DNA from: Polyangiaceae bacterium
GTDB taxonomy: Bacteria; Myxococcota_A; Polyangia; Polyangiales; Polyangiaceae
Assembly (NCBI GenBank): GCA_033763455.1
Contig: JANRKO010000019.1
Location: forward strand, 179,084 to 243,083
Reading direction: 5' to 3'
Length of the DNA: 64,000 bases
Numbering within the stretch: position 1 is the stretch's first letter; each line of letters starts with the position of its first letter. The notes beneath the pieces were generated by a model. The model did not search any database and had not been told where the DNA came from. It saw only the letters and a program-made list of their open reading frames with translations. This document shows, one piece after another, positions 57,782 through 64,000 of this stretch. A program made the translations under genes and the position numbers.

Positions 57782-58711
57782 TCAGAAAGACCCTCGTACC
57801 GCCACACCCGGCTTCGGCGGCCAATGAGCACTGGCTTCGACCTCCCGAAGCGGCTGCCCTACTGTGTGGGCGGATGTCGGTGAACTTGAAAACGGAAAGA
57901 GCTGACTTACCAATATCCCAAGCCCCAACCCCGCGCCCGCTGCGATGTATTCCCCCGGCTCTGGCGAATAGCGCACTCCATGCAACCACGGGATGGCAAT
58001 GCCGACCACACTGCCGGCCATCGCCCCAACGGCGACGTCACTGTAGTAGTGCTTGCCCGCTCGCACCCGCAGGTTCGCCGTAGCGGACGCGAACGCGAAT
58101 TCACTTCCCCAGAGCAGCCAACGCCATTCTCGTGTTGGCAACACTTCAGCATATACGTAAGAACCAGCCACTGCCGACGTGAAGGCGGAGCTTGAGTGGC
58201 CGGAGTAGAACGACACGTAAAAATCCAAAGACGCCTCCACCCCGCGTGCGCCATTCGTGTCAAGAGCGTAGGTGTAAGGACGAGGCCTGGAAAACGCAAC
58301 CTTGGCGGTGGCGTTGAGCGTCTCGGCCGCAGCAAGCGCCTCAGTGTAGGCCACGCTCGCATTCAGGAACCTGTAGTTGGCTCCGCGACTCAGCCCAACG
58401 AGCATAGGATCCACAATCGCAAGCACTAGTGGCACGTTGCTGACCAAAGCCGCACTTCGGGAGTAGCGTCCGCGGAGCGAGCGGTCCCCCGGAAACCACT
58501 CTGGATCGGCACCGGCGCTTCGGTGGTGAACACTCTGCATAGCGAGGCTGGCAGCGAAAAGCCCGCCAATTGTCGCTGCATGAGCTGCATAGTAGCTGTC
58601 CGAACGGCGTTCACTTAAGTCAACCTGAGCCGCGGCTGCGGAGGAGACCTCGGTTATAGCCACAAATGCTAAAAGCCCCGGTGCTTGCTTGAACACACGG
58701 GGCCTTCGCAT
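57782..58711 (-). CDS. PAP2-family phosphatase
   Basis: K----RPRP, SFYSGHSS, RVRAGKHYYSDV. Confidence 0.88.
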   Translation of the reverse strand: MRRPRVFKQAPGLLAFVAITEVSSAAAAQVDLSERRSDSYYAAHAATIGGLFAASLAMQSVHHRSAGADPEWFPGDRSLRGRYSRSAALVSNVPLVLAIVDPMLVGLSRGANYRFLNASVAYTEALAAAETLNATAKVAFSRPRPYTYALDTNGARGVEASLDFYVSFYSGHSSSAFTSAVAGSYVYAEVLPTREWRWLLWGSEFAFASATANLRVRAGKHYYSDVAVGAMAGSVVGIAIPWLHGVRYSPEPGEYIAAGAGLGLGILVSQLFPFSSSPTSAHTVGQPLREVEASAHWPPKPGVAVRGSF

Positions 58712-58772
58712 GGCTTAATTGGGTATCACTTCTGGGCCGCCAAATACAAGCAGCGGTCCAGCGGTGTTTACC

Positions 58773-59795
58773 TCAGCCGGCGGTCTTTAAGAGGCCGTCG
58801 AGCGTGGTGGAAATGCTCCCAAAATCACTGGGGTTGTCGATGCGCTTACCATTGATGAACATGGTGGGCGTGCCCTGAACCCCAACCTCTTGCCCGAGCT
58901 TCGTATCAGCATCGACTTGAGCGGAGAACTTGCTCGTGCTGAGCGCATCTTTGAACCCAGCCACGTTCAACCCAGCCTGTTTGGCGTAGCCTTCGAGCGC
59001 GCTTTCTTCGAGCTGCTTTTGGTTCTTGAACATGAGGTCATGGAACTCCCAGAACTTACCTTGAGCGTTGGCAGCAAGGGCCGCCTCAGCAGCCTTTTTG
59101 GCGTTTGAGTGCATGGGGAGCGGGAACTGGCGAAAGACGAAGCGTACACGGTCCTTGTACTTGGCACGGATCTGCTCGGTAACGGCGGCCGCTCGTGAAC
59201 AATAGGGGCACTCGAAGTCAGAAAACTCCACAATGGTGACCTTAGCGTCGGCCGGGCCAAAGCTCGGCGCGTCCGTCGCGGCGATCTTCGCCTGTACGTC
59301 GGCCGGCAGGGGCTTGTTAGCCATCACCGCCGCCGTCAGTTGCTTCTTTACGTCGTCGTAATGCTCAAGTGCCCCGCCGCATTGCTCCGAGGGAACCTGC
59401 GGGATCTTGCTCTTGATCATCGCGCACACTTCGGAATCATTGCCCGTCTCAGTGCAGAGCTTGGTGACCAACGCGTCACACGCCTTACGCTGATCTTTTA
59501 GCATGTTCTCCGTGAGGGAAAATTCCTTGATAGCCGCGGAGCATGCAGCAGGAGCCATCACACCGGTTGCCATCTTCGTGGCACCGCAGAGCGACGTTTG
59601 CTCGCCCGCTTTCGCGCACAGCTTCGTGGCGTACTCTTCGCACGGACCGCTAGCTTTGGCGCCAGCGACTTTGGCCGTGGCCGTGCCGCTTGCGCTAGGC
59701 TCCGTCTTTTTCGGCTTCTTCTGGCAACCCGAGAGGGCACCGGCAAGGGCCAGAGTGAAGAGTGCGATGCTAGTGATTGTCTGACGGGGCTTCAT
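58773..59795 (-). CDS. DsbA/thioredoxin-fold lipoprotein with N-terminal Cys-rich helical repeats
   Basis: LSGC lipobox; GPADAKVTIVEFSDFECPYC, FRQFPL, QGKFWEFHD, GTPTMFING. Confidence 0.9.
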   Translation of the reverse strand: MKPRQTITSIALFTLALAGALSGCQKKPKKTEPSASGTATAKVAGAKASGPCEEYATKLCAKAGEQTSLCGATKMATGVMAPAACSAAIKEFSLTENMLKDQRKACDALVTKLCTETGNDSEVCAMIKSKIPQVPSEQCGGALEHYDDVKKQLTAAVMANKPLPADVQAKIAATDAPSFGPADAKVTIVEFSDFECPYCSRAAAVTEQIRAKYKDRVRFVFRQFPLPMHSNAKKAAEAALAANAQGKFWEFHDLMFKNQKQLEESALEGYAKQAGLNVAGFKDALSTSKFSAQVDADTKLGQEVGVQGTPTMFINGKRIDNPSDFGSISTTLDGLLKTAG

Positions 59796-59994
59796 GATTC
59801 CTCATTTCCTTCGGTTGGCCGCGTGGAAAGATCAGAGAGCCCAACCAGCGGGAGCGCGGGTATTAGCACCGCCTCGGGCACTAACCAATCCGAATCGACG
59901 CTCAACAGGCCGCACTCAAAACAACCCACCGAAAGTGACAGATTAGTGCCAATTTCGCGCGTAGCTCCAAAGGTTACCCAACGCTCGGCAGCTT

Positions 59995-61602
59995 TTACGG
60001 GTGGATGAACAAGACAGTGCCTGTGTTGGCGCTCTGGGCTCCGTGCCACCCGAGGGGTACCCCTGGCTCGGTCCAGTGGAAGATCCGTCGGGCATCTTCA
60101 GGGCTCAAGTTAATACAGCCGTGGCTCTTGGGCAGGCCGAAACGATCGTGCCAGTACGCGCCGTGCAACGCGTAACCTTTTTCGAAATACTGAACGTACG
60201 GAACATCGCGCAACTCGAACTCTTCGCCCACCTCATCTGAACTCATAGTGGTTGAAATATGTTTGGTGTGGATTCGAAAAATACCACGGGGTGTGGCAGT
60301 AGTGTGCTCGGGGTCATCCAGCCCAGCTTCGCCGCTTGAAATGAGAGTGGCGTACACAGGGTCAACTCCCTCGTAGAGAACCAAAAGCTGCTTGCTCAAG
60401 TTTACGTCGATCCACTTTTCGCCGCGCGTCGCCCACGCCGGCATCTTCTTGGCCACTTCAACCCGCGAAAGATCTTGATCGCTCAGCCACTTACCATCAG
60501 CTGTTTCGTAATGTAGGCGGCCCGAAAAGAACTCCTGCCTGCCCGTTAGCTTGATCACTGCGCGATAAACCGTTGGGCCTCCATCTTTCAACCCAACGCC
60601 CTTTTTGTAGAGCGTGTAGCGAGCCTTCACGCCACGAATGAACCCAAACGGAAAGCCAATATCTTTTCCCACCGTGACCCCGTGAAAGTCGGAACCGCGG
60701 ATCGGCCGCAGGCGGTCCGTGGGCACGATCACAAGGTCCGTGGTGAGTGCGTAGCGGCGCCCCTCGGAGAGAAATGTTTGCAGGATTCCATGGCCAAGCC
60801 GCCGTGGCATCACGCCGAGCGAAAGCGCGTCTCGGTAACGCGGCTCGTTGCGAATGTTGGGGGTGAATTTCCCATTTTGGAGAAAGGCCGGCAAAGGATC
60901 GCTCACTCTCTTGGTCCACGCCACTTTGGGGTCCACCACAGGATCGCCACCAGCCCAAACCTCCTGTGCATAACCGGCACCTTCTTCGCCCTTAAGGTCG
61001 AGCCAAGCCGCAATACGTTGTTCGAATTCGGGTTCAGTTTGGGCAAGCTCGGCTCGTGTTGGTAATCTCGCGTAGAAGGGGCCCGGCTTTCGCACGGTGC
61101 CGTAAATGTAAGGCAACTTGCGAAAACGATTGGCGGGGGTATCGATTGTTGCTTGAACAATCGGATCGGCCCGATCCAATGTGGCTTTCGCATCGAGGCA
61201 AACAAAGCCTTGCGGCAGGATTGGGTACCAGCCACCCTCGCACCCATTGCCGCGGGTGACTTCAGCCGTTCCAATTGGGGCTGCCGCTCCTGCTCGCAGG
61301 TAGCCGATCTTGGTCGCCGACTGTCGGGGCTGGTCGTAGATCCAAACACGCAATGCGCGCGCGTAGATCCTGGCAGTCGAGCCTCCACGAACCTCTGGAG
61401 GCTCGGTGCCTGTGCCGTCTAAGCGCACCAGTGATGACGGTTGGCTCAGCTTCTTGTTGGCGTCCCCCGGATTCGATCTCGCTTTAGCTTCCGCGTTCGC
61501 GGCTGGGCCTGTGCTGGCACCGGGCGCGACTTGTTGCGGAGAAGCTTCGTGTCGGCACGCAGCTAATAGGGAGAAAACGATCAGGCACTTTTGGCCCCGC
61601 AT
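59995..61602 (-). CDS. L,D-transpeptidase (YkuD domain) lipoprotein
   Basis: LLAAC lipobox; WIDVNLSKQ-L--YEG, TPRG-FRI--K, ALHGAYWHD-FG---SHGCINLS--DA. Confidence 0.9.
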   Translation of the reverse strand: MRGQKCLIVFSLLAACRHEASPQQVAPGASTGPAANAEAKARSNPGDANKKLSQPSSLVRLDGTGTEPPEVRGGSTARIYARALRVWIYDQPRQSATKIGYLRAGAAAPIGTAEVTRGNGCEGGWYPILPQGFVCLDAKATLDRADPIVQATIDTPANRFRKLPYIYGTVRKPGPFYARLPTRAELAQTEPEFEQRIAAWLDLKGEEGAGYAQEVWAGGDPVVDPKVAWTKRVSDPLPAFLQNGKFTPNIRNEPRYRDALSLGVMPRRLGHGILQTFLSEGRRYALTTDLVIVPTDRLRPIRGSDFHGVTVGKDIGFPFGFIRGVKARYTLYKKGVGLKDGGPTVYRAVIKLTGRQEFFSGRLHYETADGKWLSDQDLSRVEVAKKMPAWATRGEKWIDVNLSKQLLVLYEGVDPVYATLISSGEAGLDDPEHTTATPRGIFRIHTKHISTTMSSDEVGEEFELRDVPYVQYFEKGYALHGAYWHDRFGLPKSHGCINLSPEDARRIFHWTEPGVPLGWHGAQSANTGTVLFIHP

Positions 61603-61665
61603 GGGGCGAGGCTTACACGAAAAGCCCTGAGCCACCCAGAAAACAGCAAAAATGAGGCCTGGAGG

Positions 61666-62205
61666 CTAGCGGGTACCATCGGGCTCCATGTCCGCCCGAT
61701 CGACACGGATCACACCAGGCACACAAGGCCGCTGCACGGTGGTGGGCATTCCTTTTTCTGGGATCACGTCGATCTTTACCTTGTCCCCCACCCGGCATCC
61801 CGCATCCCCGATGAACGGTGTTTTCCCAACTAGGGTCCCGTTGACCAATACGTCGCTCCGATCGGGCTCCAGCGACACCATCAGCTGAACTTGAACGGCG
61901 TCCCCCGTTGCGTACTTACGCGGCTCCCCGGGCGCAGCCCTCCCCGCCTCCTCGCTGGATGGACCTGGAGGGAGATGACCCTGAAGCGCTTTCAGCAAAT
62001 CAGCTGTAGACACGGGCGCCATTGCGGACTCTCCCGCCGATGGCTCGCGAACAACGGCTGGGCCCTGAACGGTATTAGCGGTCTGTAGCTTCCGGCTTAC
62101 GAGGTCAACGAAGACGACACCGGTAAAACGCATGGCGACAGCCAATACAAATAGGCCGCCCACCCACTCCGCCCAGCGACTAAGATGGAACACGAAGCGA
62201 ATCAT
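61666..62205 (-). CDS. Membrane-anchored PEGA-domain protein
   Basis: N-terminal TM helix, Pro/Ala linker, LMVSLEPDRSDVLVNG-LVGKTP (PEGA-like). Confidence 0.7.
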   Translation of the reverse strand: MIRFVFHLSRWAEWVGGLFVLAVAMRFTGVVFVDLVSRKLQTANTVQGPAVVREPSAGESAMAPVSTADLLKALQGHLPPGPSSEEAGRAAPGEPRKYATGDAVQVQLMVSLEPDRSDVLVNGTLVGKTPFIGDAGCRVGDKVKIDVIPEKGMPTTVQRPCVPGVIRVDRADMEPDGTR

Positions 62206-63749
62206 CCTGCAGCCCTCAGCACTTCGGTCAACGACGTCTCCCCGGCCGCGGCCCTGAGCACGCCCTCGAGTAGTAGCGGTCGCATACCTTGTACCATGGC
62301 TTGCTCAAACAACACGCTGGTTGGCACTCGCTCCAAAATGAGTTTTCTCAATTCTGGAGTTACGACTAAAAGCTCCGCTATCGGAGCCTGGCCGCTGAAC
62401 CCTTGATCTTCACAGAAAGAGCAGCCGACGGCTTCGTAGAAGGTCGCTTTCGGAAGGGTGATACCATGCTTGAGAAAGCGCTCACGCTGGGCGTTATCTG
62501 GAGCTTTTTCCTTGCGACAATGGGTGCACAAAAGGCGTACCAAGCGCTGTGAGAGGCACCCCAGCGTGGCGCTGGCGATAGCATAGGATTCAACGCCCAT
62601 CTCCGTCATGCGAGCAAACGGTGCCGCTGCGTTTTCCGCGTGAACCGTCGTGAGGATCAAATGCCCCGTAAGGCCCGCCTGAATAGCAATCCCAGCGGTT
62701 TCCGGGTCGCGAATTTCTCCCAACATGAGCACATTGGGATCTTGCCGCAGCACGCTCCTGAGCGTACGCGCGAAGGTCATCTGTGTTTTGGTATTAATCT
62801 GGGTTTGGGTAGCAAACGCGAGCTCAAGCTCGATGGGATCTTCGAGCGTCACCATGGTCATGGTACGCCCCCGAGTGTGGGAAATGTGCTTCAGCACCGC
62901 GTAAAGCGTGGTTGTTTTCCCTGAGCCCACCGGACCACACACAAACAAAAGGCCTTGCGGCTTTTCCAAGAGCTCGCGTAGCGGTGCGATCACGTGCGGC
63001 GAAAGCCCGAGCGATTCCACGTCAGGCGGCGTTCGGCTGCCCCGCACCAACCGCAGCACAATACGTTCGCCCCCTTCGGCAGGCAGCGTAGAAACCCGGG
63101 CCTCCACGCTGCCACCCTCTACTTCCACCACCATGCGCCCGTCTTGCGGTACGTTTCGCACGTAGGTATCAAGGCGCGACATTACTTTCACGCGCGTGGC
63201 CAAAAGCGGGGCAAACCGGGGAGGCAACACGCACACCTCAAACAGTGTGCCCGAAACACGGTAAGTTAAGCGGAACCCTTCGGTCGTGGGGGACATGTGC
63301 ACATCGCTCGCTTGAACGTTGGCCGCGCCGCGCACAAGCTCATTCACGATGCCTATAATGTCCGGCTCCTTTAAGGCCGAAAGGCTTCCTACGCGATTGC
63401 GCGTCTCCGCGACGGCTTCTTGGACGGTTTCGTGGCTACCAGCCGCGAACTCCAAGCGTTCACGAGACGCAGGGATAGATAATAAAGCGAGCAAAACTCG
63501 CAAACCAACCGCAAGTGCCACGGCGCCCACCGTGATACGAACCAACCAGCTCCAGGCTGCGGGGGCAAAAGCCAATTCAGCTCGGAGCCTCAATTCTTCG
63601 CCGATGCCCGAAAGCGTGAGCACCGGGGCTGAAGTGGCCACCAGCACCAGGCCCAGCAACGCCGTTACCGCCGCGAACCCCAACAACCAGCCGGCCACGC
63701 CCTGAATCCTCACACCGACCACTTGCTCCTTGCCCGAGGCACCAAGCAT
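62202..63749 (-). CDS. GspE/PilB-family secretion ATPase with two N-terminal hydrophobic helices
   Basis: ASDVH, PQDGR, RVSTLP--GGERIVLR, Walker A GPVGSGKTT, Asp box TLEDPIE, LRQDPNV--LGEIRD, His box TGHL-LTTVH, Zn motifs CTHC and GCSFC, GETSL-EVLR. Confidence 0.9.
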   Translation of the reverse strand: MLGASGKEQVVGVRIQGVAGWLLGFAAVTALLGLVLVATSAPVLTLSGIGEELRLRAELAFAPAAWSWLVRITVGAVALAVGLRVLLALLSIPASRERLEFAAGSHETVQEAVAETRNRVGSLSALKEPDIIGIVNELVRGAANVQASDVHMSPTTEGFRLTYRVSGTLFEVCVLPPRFAPLLATRVKVMSRLDTYVRNVPQDGRMVVEVEGGSVEARVSTLPAEGGERIVLRLVRGSRTPPDVESLGLSPHVIAPLRELLEKPQGLLFVCGPVGSGKTTTLYAVLKHISHTRGRTMTMVTLEDPIELELAFATQTQINTKTQMTFARTLRSVLRQDPNVLMLGEIRDPETAGIAIQAGLTGHLILTTVHAENAAAPFARMTEMGVESYAIASATLGCLSQRLVRLLCTHCRKEKAPDNAQRERFLKHGITLPKATFYEAVGCSFCEDQGFSGQAPIAELLVVTPELRKLILERVPTSVLFEQAMVQGMRPLLLEGVLRAAAGETSLTEVLRAAG

Positions 63750-64000
63750 TCACATGTAACATCTGCCCGCGTCGTGTGAAACCCGTAGGCTTTCGGGACA
63801 GGCCCGGAGCCTCATCAAGTCGGCTTGATCTGAATGCACCAAACCCGCTACGGCAAACCCGTGTGCGTCACGAAGCTGCAGCTGACCAGCGGGTGCCGGC
63901 CTGGAGACGATCCGGGTCGAAGTCTCGTCAGCGGAAATACCGAAAGGTCGTTGTATCGAGTCTTGCGTCTTGCATCGCGAGGTGCCGGGCGAAGCGTAGA

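Noticed and set aside
63750..64000. Possible partial gene at the right edge
   Set aside because: No convincing reading frame or motif in 250 bp; it cannot be called without more sequence.

Overview
A gene-dense, GC-rich bacterial chromosomal segment, most likely from Myxococcota (Polyangiales-like). That call is inferred from the giant TPR protein, the eukaryotic-type Ser/Thr kinase, the PEGA protein and the Gly/Thr-tethered lipoproteins. In order, it contains: (1) a 5'-truncated circularly permuted ATP-grasp/alpha-E gene plus a transglutaminase; (2) a LamG lipoprotein; (3) an orphan lipid-anchored HvfA-like (EGKCG-repeat) RiPP precursor, transcribed divergently from an Rrf2/CymR-cysK-E1(MoeB)-ThiS/CysO-E1 fragment-cysM-JAMM sulfur-relay operon; (4) two exported beta-sandwich repeat proteins, a histone H1-like protein, a Rep/UvrD helicase, a C45 hydrolase and a CcmH-like gene; (5) a menaquinone operon (menG-F-D-H ... 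menA-C-E) that lacks menB and is interrupted by an SMR-like gene and a clan GH-A glycoside hydrolase; (6) an islet with two toxin-antitoxin pairs (Phd-VapC and BrnT-BrnA), each with a palindromic operator and leaderless promoter geometry; (7) a thioesterase, DUF4920, an APC permease, a ~3,480-aa TPR protein, an aminotransferase, an SNF2 ATPase, an S41 protease, a furin-like Cys-rich lipoprotein, YgiQ radical SAM, a kinase-HDOD fusion, PAP2 and DsbA; and (8) an L,D-transpeptidase, a PEGA protein and an unusual GspE/PilB-type ATPase with N-terminal transmembrane helices. I found no rRNA, tRNA, CRISPR array, transposase or integrase. The best novelty candidates are the HvfA-like lipopeptide beside the sulfur relay, the membrane-anchored GspE/PEGA/LDT locus, and tandemly duplicated 18-bp dyads in convergent intergenic regions. 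All assignments come from motif recognition by eye; no database searches were run.
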